From a virus (lineage: Duplodnaviria; Caudoviricetes): 61,418 nt of DNA. Numbering within the stretch: the first letter of the stretch is position 1; each line of letters starts with the position of its first letter. A program made the position numbers and the translations under genes. The stretch covers positions 1 through 61,418 of the IMG/VR virus record IMGVR_UViG_3300034110_000167. The stretch is one strand, 5' to 3'. This document shows, in pieces, positions 18,568 through 29,803 of the stretch. Below the pieces are notes generated by a model. The model was given only the letters and a program-made list of their open reading frames with translations. It did not search any database and was not told where the DNA came from.

Positions 18568-21495
18568 ATGGGACCATTATCTATGTCTGCAAAGCAGCAT
18601 CGTGAATATCTTAAGCTACAATCTGAAGAACAAAGAAAACAAGCTAAGATGCAACAAGACGAAAGTCGTAAACAACAACTGCATGAAATTAAGCTTCAAG
18701 AAGCTGCTGCTAAGGCTAACCAAGGTATTGGTCATAAAGAAAATCTTCATGCAGCTAAACTAAATGATCTGGGTATTAAAGCACCCAGACTAAATAAACA
18801 AAAATTAGGTATCCCTAGCCAGAATCCTTTGGCAGGGGCAGGAGTATTAGGTCGAGGTCAAAAGAACCTATATGCCGAAGGTACCGATACAGTACCCGCC
18901 ATGTTAACTCCCGGTGAAGCTGTCATTCCAGAACCTGCTGCACAGAACCCTGCTAATAAGCCTATTATTAAAGCCTTAGTTGAAGAAGGTCGTGCTAAGA
19001 ATCAATTAAAAGATGGTACAGATTACGTACAAGAACAAGTACAGCCTTTAGTTAGTAATGATCCAAGATTAGGATATACAGCTCCTATGTATAACGGTAA
19101 GTACGTTGAGAATATTCCTACACGTAGCAATAATCCGGGTAACTTAATGTATGCAGGTCAGCCTAATGCTATTCCCGGTACTCCTAAAAAAGGTGGAGGT
19201 AGTTTTGCTTTGTTTGCTAATCCACAAGCAGGTGTTGAAGCCTTAGAGCGCCAAATTACATTAAACACTCAGGAACGTGGTCAGAATATCCAACAAATGA
19301 TGGCTAAGTACGCTCCTAAAAGTGAAAATAAAACTTCTAAGTATGTTAAAGACCTCTCAAAAGACCTAGGTATTAGTCCTACTGCAAAGGTTCCTGCAAA
19401 TAAAGTACCCGAGTTAGCTCGTGCTATTAGTAAGCATGAAGGTTATAAAGGTGAGTACTATGCTGACGGTACAATAGATGTTCAACACTACAATGATGGT
19501 ACCGAAAGCGTAAGTTGGTTTGATAAAGCCCTTAACTTTATTGCTGGTCAAAAACCTGAAGTTCCACCTGTAGAAGTTGTTGAAGCCCCTAAAATGCCTA
19601 ACCCTCAGACTAATCAAGAACGTAAATTAACCGTAGCTGAGAGGCATAATAATCCCGGTAATTTAATTTTTGTTAAACAAGCAGGTGCTGAACAAGGGGA
19701 ACCTAAACAGGGTGGTGGTTATTGGGCAAAGTTTCCCGACTACAATACAGGTCGTAAAGCTTTAGAAAGCCAAATTAATCTAGATACTCAAGAACGTAGT
19801 ATGAATTTAAGTGATTTTATGGAAAAGTATGCACCACGTAAGGATAAAAATGATACTGATGCTTACGTTGCTACTATTGCAAAAGACTTAGGCATTGACC
19901 CCAAAGGCAAAGTACCTGCAGAACTTATTCCTAAGCTAGCAGACACTATTACTCGTGTGGAGAGCGACGGTAAGTATGCTGTACCAACCGAAACTAAACA
20001 GATTCCCGGTGGTGGCTTTGCTACTAACGCCGGTGGTGCTGCATTTGGTAATCCCAATATTACCCGTGAAGCTGCTTTATCTGTACCAAGACAACAGGCT
20101 ATTGCCCGTGGTGAGTATGTTCCTGTTCCTGATAAAACTCAAACAACTTCAGCAATGAAGGAAAAATACCCACAAGGTATTCCTGTCACACCTGCTCAAG
20201 TAGCTGAATCAAGAACTGCTAAGGAAGTTCCTCAAGTAGAAACACAAGCACCTAGTTTACTAGAAACAAAACCCCAAGAAGCTAATAAAGTCATTGCTGA
20301 AGTATCACAAAGTAATGCGGATATTATTAAAGGCTTTATTAATGATCCTGGGTTTAATCAGATTAAAGACCCTGAAGAAAAGAAGTCATGGTTAGAAAAT
20401 GCTATTTCTTCTGTGTATGGTCCAACAGGTGTATTTAGTAATGCTGAACTAGCTCGGTTTGCTGTTATTGCTGCTGGTGGTTTATTAACTGGTGGTTCTG
20501 TAGGTGGTTCTTTAAAGTATGCTGGCTTAGATGCGCTTAAATCTGCCGATGCAAGACGTGCTCAACAAGGTGCTCGTGCTGCTGAAGAATTAAAGAACAC
20601 TCGTGAACTAACTGAACGATTAGACAGCGACTATAGAACTGCATTAGGTGAAAATGTTCCTGCAACTGTAAGGGAAAGAGCAGTTTTACTGTATCAAGAT
20701 GCTAAAACACCTGAACAGAAAAGAGCTGTTATCCAATTACTAAAAATGAACAAGTCTACCGAAGATACTACTGGTGCAGGTAAACCCGGTAATGTAAGTC
20801 AAGGTTTCTTTGATGGTAAGCCAATGAATTTCCGTAATCAAGCAGGTAATGTTCAAAGGGTTAATGCAAAAGGTGAATGGGAAAATATTCCTCCTGCTGA
20901 ATTAAAACGATTTGAGAACAAAGAACAATACGATACTAATCGTAAACAAATGCTTGACTCTACCGTAAATAGAATTACTCCTTATCTAAAAGACCTTAAC
21001 AAAGGTGATAAGAATTATAGTGCAAAAGATGATGCTCAAGCTGTTGCTGAATCACTTGCATTATTAAAAGAGGATCTTGGCCCTAATATCTCTGCAACAT
21101 CGTTTGCTAAAATGTCTGAAAATACTATCCGTTCAGCTACTGAAGCTGCTAAAGCTAATGGTACTAAATTGACTGAAGAGGGTATTCGTAAACAATTTTT
21201 TGGTAACGCTGTTATTGAAACTAAAATGGTTACGGGTAATAAAGAAATGTATATGTCTAAGGATAATAAAGGTAAGTTCATTTTACCATCCGCACCTTAT
21301 CAAGCAGCTTTGGGTTCTGCTATGGAAACATACAAGAAACAAGGTATTGATTTAGGTGAGGCTAGTAATGCCCTTGAAAAGAAATTCAATAGCTTACCTA
21401 CAGAAACTAGGAAGAAGTTTACACAGATGTCTGCTGGTGCTCCCGGCTCAACACCTATGCTATTGTGGCTACAACAAACAGGTGGCACAAACTAA
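18568..21495 (+). CDS. Ejection protein with two tandem lysozyme/lytic-transglycosylase-like domains
   Basis: Two copies of RxNNPGNL...F...G..ALE.QI.L.TQER...M.KYAP...N.T..YV; DTVPAMLTPGEAVI motif. Confidence 0.75.
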   Translation: MGPLSMSAKQHREYLKLQSEEQRKQAKMQQDESRKQQLHEIKLQEAAAKANQGIGHKENLHAAKLNDLGIKAPRLNKQKLGIPSQNPLAGAGVLGRGQKNLYAEGTDTVPAMLTPGEAVIPEPAAQNPANKPIIKALVEEGRAKNQLKDGTDYVQEQVQPLVSNDPRLGYTAPMYNGKYVENIPTRSNNPGNLMYAGQPNAIPGTPKKGGGSFALFANPQAGVEALERQITLNTQERGQNIQQMMAKYAPKSENKTSKYVKDLSKDLGISPTAKVPANKVPELARAISKHEGYKGEYYADGTIDVQHYNDGTESVSWFDKALNFIAGQKPEVPPVEVVEAPKMPNPQTNQERKLTVAERHNNPGNLIFVKQAGAEQGEPKQGGGYWAKFPDYNTGRKALESQINLDTQERSMNLSDFMEKYAPRKDKNDTDAYVATIAKDLGIDPKGKVPAELIPKLADTITRVESDGKYAVPTETKQIPGGGFATNAGGAAFGNPNITREAALSVPRQQAIARGEYVPVPDKTQTTSAMKEKYPQGIPVTPAQVAESRTAKEVPQVETQAPSLLETKPQEANKVIAEVSQSNADIIKGFINDPGFNQIKDPEEKKSWLENAISSVYGPTGVFSNAELARFAVIAAGGLLTGGSVGGSLKYAGLDALKSADARRAQQGARAAEELKNTRELTERLDSDYRTALGENVPATVRERAVLLYQDAKTPEQKRAVIQLLKMNKSTEDTTGAGKPGNVSQGFFDGKPMNFRNQAGNVQRVNAKGEWENIPPAELKRFENKEQYDTNRKQMLDSTVNRITPYLKDLNKGDKNYSAKDDAQAVAESLALLKEDLGPNISATSFAKMSENTIRSATEAAKANGTKLTEEGIRKQFFGNAVIETKMVTGNKEMYMSKDNKGKFILPSAPYQAALGSAMETYKKQGIDLGEASNALEKKFNSLPTETRKKFTQMSAGAPGSTPMLLWLQQTGGTN

Positions 21496-21511
21496 TTAAC
21501 ATGAGGAATCT

Positions 21512-24500
21512 ATGAGTACATTAGAAGAAGATGCAAGGCTATTAGCCGAATCTAAAAAGCAACAACCCGGTTCTCCGGTTACAACTATTGATGACAAACC
21601 TGTAGGTTCCCCTGTTAAAGTTATTGACCCTGATACTATCAGAGTTGGTCAAGAATCATACCGTCTCAGAGGCTTTAATGCCCCGGAAACAGCGAAGTTC
21701 CAAGGCGGTATATTTGTGCCTAACCAAGTAGCCAATGATACATCCCAACAAGATGTTAACACTATTGCAACTCTTGGTGGTTACACTAATCTAGCAACAG
21801 AGGGTCGTGACCCTTATGGTCGTGTATTAGCTAAACAGACTAACCGTATTGGTGAATCATTAGGTGATACACTTACTGCATTAGGTTTGCAAAGAACTAA
21901 CTTACATAGTACAGATGCAGCTGTTCAAAAGAACGCTACACTAGGTGCTATCTCCAGAGTTCTACCTGAGCTAACTAATGCAGATCCAATGCTCCGTTAT
22001 GCCAGAGAAGCAAAAGAAAAGGCAATAGCAGATGCTGGTGGTAACCCTTTATACATTCCTAAAGTAAATGTACATGATGAAAAAATGTATGCTGCTTTTA
22101 AAAACTCTACTGGTATCCCTGCTGTAAAAGAAGAAGTGGAAGAAGTAGCAAGGCTTGAAAAGATTCTCAAAGAAGAACAATTAAAACCTGAGACAAGAAA
22201 GAATTTACAAGCTAAACTAGAACAGTCTAAACAAAGATTATTTTTAGCTGCAACTACGCCTGATATTGTTGGTGGTACACTTGTCAGAAATTCTGATCGT
22301 AATATTATGAATCAGGCCCATGACCAGTTTGATACTACCCTACACAGAGCAGCATTAGATATGTACAAAGGTCTTGGTGGTATTCTTCAATTATCCGGTG
22401 ACAAAACTGAATGGGAATGGTTATCAACTAAGGGTCAGGAGATAGTAAGAGAAACAAAGATGAAGCAAGATAACCTTGCCGATACTCTAACTTCTTTTAA
22501 GGACATTCGTACCAATGATCCTTGGACAGCTATTAAAGATACAGCGACTTACTCAACAAACCTTATTGCAGGTACATTACCTAGTATGGCTTTGTTACTG
22601 GCTTCTACTGCTGCCACTGGTGGTACTAACCTACCAGCATTAGCTGCTTACGGTTTATCTACGGTACCTCCTGCTATTATGTACTCAGGCAGCTTCTATG
22701 CTGATCAACCTGACGACAAGAAAAATGCTGAATTAGCTTTGGTGCTAGGTCTTGGTTCTGCTGTATTAGACCGAGTTGGTCTTGATGGTATGATGATGAG
22801 TGGTAATATTCTCACCAAATCTGGTAGAGAAGAAGTTGTTAATGCATTGGTACAAGCAGGTAAAGCAGCTACACCTCAAGAAGCTATGTCTATGATTGAA
22901 ATAGCTACTAAACGTGAGTTGGTGGATATGTCTAAGGCAGGTGCTGCGTTAGCTAAGTCACAATACGCTTCTACCGAAGCTGCCTTACGTGGTTTAGGTA
23001 AACTAACTACGGCTACTGGTGGTGAAGCTTCTACCGAAAGTGCTCAACAGTACTTAGAAATGATGGCTACTACTGGTGCATGGAATACTGATATTCAATA
23101 CGAGCGTAACTTTTATCAGAACCTTATGGATGCTGCTATTGGTGGTGGTACTATGGGTGGTATGTTCCAAACAGTGGGCCAATTAAAAGATGCTGCACAG
23201 TGGCAGTCATTAGGTAATGCCAGAGAAGTTTACAATCAACAACTTACAGAAGCACAAACATTTAACAATGACCAACTATTAAGAGTACGTGAAGGTGATC
23301 CAACAGCGTATGCAAGTACAGTTGAAATGGCTCGTGGGGTTAAGTCACAACCGACAAACACTCCTGTGCCTGATCTCAAATCACTACCTGCTTTAGAAGG
23401 TGCTTGGAATGGATTTAAATCTATTGTTACTGATCCCGGTAGGTTGTTAAGGCAATTAGTTGAAACCGCTATCCCTAGTATTACTAAAGAAGACGGTACA
23501 TTTAAAACAAACCTAGGTTATCTTAAGTCTATTATTGGTGGTAAAGGTATTTTACCCGGTGATAACTATGCTGGATTTAAGCAAAGATTAATGGGTAATT
23601 GGTCTGGTAATACTGCTGAGGAATTAGCAAGTAATTTAGGCACTAACGTATCTAACGCTAATAGAATGGCAAAGGAAGCTTGGCAAAACTACTGGTCTAA
23701 AGATCAAGAACTACCACAAACAACTAAAGAAAATATTGAGCTTCAAAACTGGAAGAACAACTTAGATACTGTTATGAATAAAATGAGAACTGAAGTTTCT
23801 CGTTTTAATACAACTAGTTCTGATCTTGATTCTGTTAATCCTTTGTTTGAGTCAGCCACTATTCATCCTGCTACACTAAACCGTAACAGAGAAGCAGTTA
23901 TCAATACTATGGTAGCTAATGGTAGTACAAGAAGACAGGCCCAAGAAGCATTAGAGAATGTTGTTTCAGGTGACCCAGACAAGGCAAAGCCAGCAAGAGA
24001 CTGGATGTCTAGGTATGGTGTTTTTAGTGACCCCAAATTGAATAATGTTTTTGAAACAAACTTATTTAATAGCATGGAGAACCTGAAAGAAAACGTAGCT
24101 AATAGGATTGCCCATGAAGTATTCTTAGGTGAAAACGGTAAAGTACTTTCTAAGTTACTAACTCAAGCTAAAGCTAATGGTGAGTTTGATTCTGAGCAAG
24201 AATACATGGACACTGTAAAGAACGTTCGTGATTGGTATGATATTGTTACGGGCCAGTATAACCCTTTAACTAAATACCCTAAGTTAGAGAAAATGCTTGG
24301 TTGGGGTACTACCTTAACTATGTTAGCTTCTTTAGGTAAAGCTGCTATTAGCTCTCAAGCTGAGGTTGCTATGTCTACACTAGGTACTAATGGTAATCAG
24401 GTTAAAAACCAATTGGCATTGTACGCAAAAACATTGGCCTCAGAACTTCGTAGTGACCTGAGTGGTGGTGCTTCTTTTGCAACTGCTAGTTTAGGTATTG

Positions 24501-25693
24501 CTTACACAAGGTATAGTCCACATGCTGCTATCAATACAAAGATTGAAAAGCTACAAAAAGAATTAGACATTGCTCAACAAAGTAATGATACTAAAACTTA
24601 TGAAAGAATTTCTAAAGAAGTTTCCGACCTCCACAGAAAAGCTTTTGGCAGATCATTGTTTGAAACCTTAGGTTATAATGAAACCGGATACAACACACAA
24701 GCTAAGTTTGAATTACCTAACAGTAATATGAGAAAGACTATGCAAGTGTTTGCTGCTATTATTGGCTTGAGAGCTACTACCGACTCTGTTCGTATTGCTT
24801 CTTTGGCTTTTGCCTCTGATGCAGTTATTACTAAGCTACAATCGCTAAGAGCTATTCCAGCGGAAGATCGGGTAACAGCGTTAACTACTGGTCGTGGTTT
24901 AGATAATCAACAAGGCCAAGCTCTTAAGGAACTTCAAGAGTCAGGCATGGATGTTCTAGGTGTTATAGAAGTACTAGACAATATGGAATCAATGAATCTT
25001 GATCCGTATGACTTCTTCTCTGAACAGAACCTAACTAAAGACGGTTATCCAGCTAATACACAAGCTAAGTTCCTACAAGAAAATATTCTTACGACTATTG
25101 GTAATATGACTGATGGTAAGATAGCTAACCCACAAGCGCATAATTTACCTAAGTATTACCATGATCCACGGCTACGTATAATTACTGCAATGACTCGCTT
25201 TATTGCAACCTTGCATGCAACTGTGCTACCAAAACTATACAGAAACTATATCCTAAATGGCGATGCTGGTATGCGTTACCAAGCCTTTAGTGTTGTTGCT
25301 ATGTCTATTATGTTCTCAATGTTAGCTAACATGATCAAAGATGAATTGTCCTATGGTGAAGAAAACCCTTATATTAAGGGTAAAGTAGCTAATGCACAAA
25401 GAACATTATATGGTTCTGGTTTATTAGGTCAGTATGAAAAGTTAGTAGATGGCATTATGCCATTGTATCCAGATAAGAAACCTTCTGTATTGGATAATCC
25501 TGTAAGATGGTCTTATGAAACGTTAAAAGATATTTCACCAGTTGTATCTTGGGCAGATAAGCCTGTTCAAGGTGCATACAAATTAAGTCAGGGAGATACT
25601 GCAGGTGGCGTTGCTCAACTAGTTAGAGCTGCACCCGTTGTAGGTAGTTTCCCTATTGTAGCTAATAAAGCAAAAGAAGCTTTAAAGGAGTAA
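21512..25693 (+). CDS. Large ejection protein with an N-terminal thermonuclease (SNase)-like domain
   Basis: [11 protein letters not shown]...[10 protein letters not shown]...DPYGRVLA matches the SNase VIDGDT / RL.GIDAPE / DxYGRxLA signature. Confidence 0.72.
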   Translation: MSTLEEDARLLAESKKQQPGSPVTTIDDKPVGSPVKVIDPDTIRVGQESYRLRGFNAPETAKFQGGIFVPNQVANDTSQQDVNTIATLGGYTNLATEGRDPYGRVLAKQTNRIGESLGDTLTALGLQRTNLHSTDAAVQKNATLGAISRVLPELTNADPMLRYAREAKEKAIADAGGNPLYIPKVNVHDEKMYAAFKNSTGIPAVKEEVEEVARLEKILKEEQLKPETRKNLQAKLEQSKQRLFLAATTPDIVGGTLVRNSDRNIMNQAHDQFDTTLHRAALDMYKGLGGILQLSGDKTEWEWLSTKGQEIVRETKMKQDNLADTLTSFKDIRTNDPWTAIKDTATYSTNLIAGTLPSMALLLASTAATGGTNLPALAAYGLSTVPPAIMYSGSFYADQPDDKKNAELALVLGLGSAVLDRVGLDGMMMSGNILTKSGREEVVNALVQAGKAATPQEAMSMIEIATKRELVDMSKAGAALAKSQYASTEAALRGLGKLTTATGGEASTESAQQYLEMMATTGAWNTDIQYERNFYQNLMDAAIGGGTMGGMFQTVGQLKDAAQWQSLGNAREVYNQQLTEAQTFNNDQLLRVREGDPTAYASTVEMARGVKSQPTNTPVPDLKSLPALEGAWNGFKSIVTDPGRLLRQLVETAIPSITKEDGTFKTNLGYLKSIIGGKGILPGDNYAGFKQRLMGNWSGNTAEELASNLGTNVSNANRMAKEAWQNYWSKDQELPQTTKENIELQNWKNNLDTVMNKMRTEVSRFNTTSSDLDSVNPLFESATIHPATLNRNREAVINTMVANGSTRRQAQEALENVVSGDPDKAKPARDWMSRYGVFSDPKLNNVFETNLFNSMENLKENVANRIAHEVFLGENGKVLSKLLTQAKANGEFDSEQEYMDTVKNVRDWYDIVTGQYNPLTKYPKLEKMLGWGTTLTMLASLGKAAISSQAEVAMSTLGTNGNQVKNQLALYAKTLASELRSDLSGGASFATASLGIAYTRYSPHAAINTKIEKLQKELDIAQQSNDTKTYERISKEVSDLHRKAFGRSLFETLGYNETGYNTQAKFELPNSNMRKTMQVFAAIIGLRATTDSVRIASLAFASDAVITKLQSLRAIPAEDRVTALTTGRGLDNQQGQALKELQESGMDVLGVIEVLDNMESMNLDPYDFFSEQNLTKDGYPANTQAKFLQENILTTIGNMTDGKIANPQAHNLPKYYHDPRLRIITAMTRFIATLHATVLPKLYRNYILNGDAGMRYQAFSVVAMSIMFSMLANMIKDELSYGEENPYIKGKVANAQRTLYGSGLLGQYEKLVDGIMPLYPDKKPSVLDNPVRWSYETLKDISPVVSWADKPVQGAYKLSQGDTAGGVAQLVRAAPVVGSFPIVANKAKEALKE

Positions 25694-25699
25694 ATATAA

Positions 25700-28600
25700 A
25701 TGGCAATTCAAACTAAAGTCGCACCTTTAGGTAGCCCGAAGTCTGGTCTTTCATTAGATCAAATGTTAGCATTACAAGGTCAAACTACAGCGGCTATGGG
25801 CACAGTACCAGCACCTGTAGAAGATCCAAGAGCCACTGTACAAGCTACAGTGGATCAGTATATGCCAGACCCAATGGCTATTCCACAACCAACTGCACCT
25901 TCAGAAGAAGTTCTTGCATCAACACCGACTATCAGAACATACGAAGATATTGCTCGTGCATCTGGTTCTCAGTTCGGTGCTCGTCCAGTAGAAGAACCTG
26001 TATTGGATGCTCAGGGTAATCCTGTAGTAGACCCCATGACAGGTATGCCCCAAATGAGGGTTATTACTCCGGAAGATTATGCGAATCAGCAGTCCATTGA
26101 AAAGGCTTCTCAGCTAAACACAATGGAAGCTATGGAAGGTATGGCTCAAGACCCTTACGGTCAAGCTAAAGACGCTACCTCCGCATTGTTGTCTGGTAAA
26201 CAAGACTCAATGTTCAATGCTTCAGCACGAGACGTTGCAAAGTCTTCTATGGATGAAGACACCATTGATAGATATTCTGACAAAACCGCTACTGCTTTGG
26301 CCACTATTGTTTCTCAAACCAATGATGCCTTGTTTACTGCTAATGCACGTATCAAGAGTGAAATGAAAGGTGCTGACGGTAGCTCTGTCCTTATTGCTGC
26401 TGGTCTTAAAGCAGCTGCTGAAGATGGTTTTAGTTCTCCGGAAGAGTTGGCTGACCTAGGTTTAGTCTTTGGCGTTGCCTTAGCTAAGTCTGCTTCACAG
26501 GGCAAAGTAGAAAAGGGTGAGAAAGAAGGTACAGGTAAAGTAATGTCTGAGTCAGGCGCATCAGTTGATGATGCTACCTACATGCTTGACTTTATTAATT
26601 CTATTAAACACTTTGCTACCAATGGTCTTAACCGTATGGGTAAAAAGGTATCAGCCAAAGCTGTTAACGAAATGGCTAAGGCTGTAGCTATGGACGCTAT
26701 TGACCGTGGTGCTGTAAAGGTATTCCATATTGGTGATCGCCCTGTAGTTCAAATGAGTTCAGATATTAAAGATATTGCTCGTGACCTACAGATTGCTTCA
26801 GAAGCTTTAGTAGGTGACTACGGTCGTAGACGCTCTTCTTCTACACCTAACCGTAGTGGTACTTCCTTTGCCGCTAACAGACCCCAATTAACTAAGCGTT
26901 CTATTAAGAAAGGTGACTTAGTTACTACTGCTGCTGAAGCTACTAAAGACATTCTCGGTTCAGTTGGTTTAATGTTTGGTGCTAAAGATATTCAATACAA
27001 AGAGATTGAACTAGGTTTAGTTATGAGTCCTGAGTATCTTGAAAAAGACTCTCAAGGTAAAATTAAGTGGAGTAATCATTGGGCGGCCAAGCGTTTAGGA
27101 GTAAGTGAAAAAGATTTCAATGCAGCTAAAATGAAAACAAAGCCTGAGAAAGACTTTAATCCTGCAGACCCAGATGCTGTTAGACGCTTTGAGGCACAAC
27201 AGGAATACCAAGCAACAGAAGTTATTAATAACAAACTAAAGACCATTGAGTTTGATATTAAGAACGCTAAAAGTTCTCCCGGTATTCGTTACTCAGAATG
27301 GGTACACAGTTTATCTAACCAACGATTCTTCCCTAACAGCTTTGACGTAGACTACATGGGTTCCAAAAATGCAACTCGTGATATGCTAGGTTTTGCAGTT
27401 AAAGAATATGTTACTTCAGACATGTTGTTTGATCCACGTACAGTAGAAAACCTTAAGCAAAAAGCTATTGGTATCCTACGTATGCCCGGTGAAAAACAAA
27501 ATGAAGCTTTAGAAAAATTAACACCTTCTGAGCGTGGTGCTATTGGCACTATGCTTAATGCTGTTATTGGTTACTACTCTGCCGTTGAAGGTTCTAATCC
27601 TGACATTGTTAAGGAAGCACCCGCATCTATTGTATCTAAATATACACCTGCTATTGGTGATAAACTAGCTGAGGCTGGTAGAGACTATAATGCTTTCCTT
27701 GTTGATCCTATGAATGCCTCTGATAACATTCAGGAGCTATTAGCCGGTATGGAAAAAGGCGAATCTATGGGTTCTAAAAACCTGTGGGATGACATGTTTA
27801 ATCTAAAGGCTGCTTCACTCATTCCTGAAACAAAGCGTAAGCATATTCCATTAACTCACCATGCATTTGACGATGGTAATCAGAACGGTATTTTCTTACA
27901 GGCACTATTCTTTGGTAGTCCTGATAATGCTATTCGTCTGGGTACCTTTAATCCCTCATTGGATGACATGCGTGAGTACGCAATGAATACCATGATTGCT
28001 AATTTGGAAGAGAACTTAAAAGATAATATTGAGGCTAACGATGCCTTCAGAAATTTCTTTAAGGCCGTTAGAGATAAGCAAGGTAAAGCAGTTATGTCTA
28101 AAGATTTCTTCAAGAAACCTTTGATGCAGAATGCTTATGGTAAAGATGCCAGTATGTTTGGTGATATGATGGTTGAAATCTTAACCAACGTATACCCAGA
28201 TGAAGCACAACAATACTTATTGAACAGCAGTGTTTACAACCGTGATGTTGATAAAGCATCCTCAGCTTTGAGTGACGCATTAGAAAGCACTCTCAGAGAA
28301 GTTATTAACTCTAAATCAACACAAGTTCTTAAAGACATTGGCCGGTATACAGCTATCCTTAACCAAACAGTTATGATGCCTGGTATTACTGGCGACACCT
28401 ATGTGCTTACACCTGTAGAGGTTGTACCTATTAACAAAGCAAATGATAGTGGAGAAATCTTACCTATTAAGCTTGATGATGGTACTACTGTTATGGTTAA
28501 GTATAAGGCGTATGAGTCAGATACTTTTATTAACAGTGAAGGTCAAGAAGTAACTGTGGAGTCAAGTGCTATGGGCTACAGTCCTGCAGCAAGTAAAGGC

Positions 28601-29494
28601 GCTCAGTTAATTTACAACCAAAGAACTAAAAAGTATGATGTGTTTAACAACGCTATTGGTACAAGTCAGTCACGACAAATGGTAGTTATGCCTATCCAGT
28701 CTATTGACGGTGACTTAGTTAAGTCTACTACACTATCTGTGAATAAAAATAGATCAACTCCAGTACCTATTTTATGGGTACACGACTCAGCTATTTCTAC
28801 TCCGGGCGGCTCATTGCTGTATCGTAATGCCTATAACAATATCTCTATTCCTAAAGCTATTCCTCAAATTGCTAAGTTTGGAAATCAATTTGCAGCTGTT
28901 ATTAAAGACAGTGAAGAAGCGGTGTTCAACAAAGTAATGGAAAGGGGTCGTCCAGTAAGTATCGGTGATCAAGGGGACTTCCCTGCACTAGGCTCTTACC
29001 TAGATGAGCAGTTTGAAAGAGTACAAGATGATGGTGCTTATAAACAAATCTTCTTAAAGAGAGCTTATAACAACGAAACAACTTGGCTGAAATACCAACA
29101 GAAGACTAACGCTATTCTAAAAGAAGCTGAAGCTAATGGTTGGAAAGCACCAAGAAGTATTCCCGATACAGCCAATATGACTGGTGAACAGATCAGAAGA
29201 CACCTTGCGGTTACACCAAGGCAATTCAAAAACTTAGTTAATCTTTCTAAAGAAATGTTAAAGCTAAGTGGACCCTCAAATAGGTTTGATTCTTGGGTTC
29301 GTAACTTCGCAAGTAATGTTAATGATACTGCTTCTAAGCTAATGACTGCATCTAAGAAAGATGGTATTGGTCAAATGACTTATGGCGCTACTGGTGAACG
29401 TGCTGGTATTACTAAGTCTAAAGCTATTGCTGAACAAATGGATATTAAACGAGACGAAGAGTTCGTAGCTAAATACGAAAAAGCTTTTAAGTAA
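25700..29494 (+). CDS. Putative virion-encapsidated single-subunit RNA polymerase
   Basis: Ordered T7/N4-type motifs: SNQRFF, FDDGNQNG (A), KDFFKKPLMQNAYG (B), PIQSIDG, VHDS (C); last gene of the ejection module; no Cys seen. Confidence 0.85.
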   Translation: MAIQTKVAPLGSPKSGLSLDQMLALQGQTTAAMGTVPAPVEDPRATVQATVDQYMPDPMAIPQPTAPSEEVLASTPTIRTYEDIARASGSQFGARPVEEPVLDAQGNPVVDPMTGMPQMRVITPEDYANQQSIEKASQLNTMEAMEGMAQDPYGQAKDATSALLSGKQDSMFNASARDVAKSSMDEDTIDRYSDKTATALATIVSQTNDALFTANARIKSEMKGADGSSVLIAAGLKAAAEDGFSSPEELADLGLVFGVALAKSASQGKVEKGEKEGTGKVMSESGASVDDATYMLDFINSIKHFATNGLNRMGKKVSAKAVNEMAKAVAMDAIDRGAVKVFHIGDRPVVQMSSDIKDIARDLQIASEALVGDYGRRRSSSTPNRSGTSFAANRPQLTKRSIKKGDLVTTAAEATKDILGSVGLMFGAKDIQYKEIELGLVMSPEYLEKDSQGKIKWSNHWAAKRLGVSEKDFNAAKMKTKPEKDFNPADPDAVRRFEAQQEYQATEVINNKLKTIEFDIKNAKSSPGIRYSEWVHSLSNQRFFPNSFDVDYMGSKNATRDMLGFAVKEYVTSDMLFDPRTVENLKQKAIGILRMPGEKQNEALEKLTPSERGAIGTMLNAVIGYYSAVEGSNPDIVKEAPASIVSKYTPAIGDKLAEAGRDYNAFLVDPMNASDNIQELLAGMEKGESMGSKNLWDDMFNLKAASLIPETKRKHIPLTHHAFDDGNQNGIFLQALFFGSPDNAIRLGTFNPSLDDMREYAMNTMIANLEENLKDNIEANDAFRNFFKAVRDKQGKAVMSKDFFKKPLMQNAYGKDASMFGDMMVEILTNVYPDEAQQYLLNSSVYNRDVDKASSALSDALESTLREVINSKSTQVLKDIGRYTAILNQTVMMPGITGDTYVLTPVEVVPINKANDSGEILPIKLDDGTTVMVKYKAYESDTFINSEGQEVTVESSAMGYSPAASKGAQLIYNQRTKKYDVFNNAIGTSQSRQMVVMPIQSIDGDLVKSTTLSVNKNRSTPVPILWVHDSAISTPGGSLLYRNAYNNISIPKAIPQIAKFGNQFAAVIKDSEEAVFNKVMERGRPVSIGDQGDFPALGSYLDEQFERVQDDGAYKQIFLKRAYNNETTWLKYQQKTNAILKEAEANGWKAPRSIPDTANMTGEQIRRHLAVTPRQFKNLVNLSKEMLKLSGPSNRFDSWVRNFASNVNDTASKLMTASKKDGIGQMTYGATGERAGITKSKAIAEQMDIKRDEEFVAKYEKAFK

Positions 29495-29500
29495 GCAAAT

Positions 29501-29547
29501 AAAAACCCCTACTAGGATTATTCCTAATAGGGGTTATTTTTTTTTTT
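29501..29547. terminator. Bidirectional rho-independent terminator at the junction of the two arms
   Basis: AAAAACCCCTACTAGGA-TTAT-TCCTAATAGGGGTT-ATTTTTTTTTTT; A-run on the left, T-run on the right. Confidence 0.9.
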
Positions 29548-29803
29548 ATTTACTTAGCTCTTTAATTTGGGACCGTACATCATCAGCTAACTTATCAGCC
29601 AAAGATAAAGCACTATCACTATCAATACCACGCTCAAGGTAAGACTCATAATTCTCTCGGTGCATTGCTTTAATAGCAGCATCATTAATGGCAGGTGTAT
29701 TAGCTAGCCGTGGGTCTAGCCCAAGGGTAGAGCATACATCCTGATCGGTTGTTTCGGTATCACCACGAAGGGCAAATAAATTATAATGTTTTAACTCAGA
29801 CAT
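29546..29803 (-). CDS. Hypothetical protein
   Basis: ORF track; likely start MSELKH. Confidence 0.65.
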   Translation of the reverse strand: MSELKHYNLFALRGDTETTDQDVCSTLGLDPRLANTPAINDAAIKAMHRENYESYLERGIDSDSALSLADKLADDVRSQIKELSK

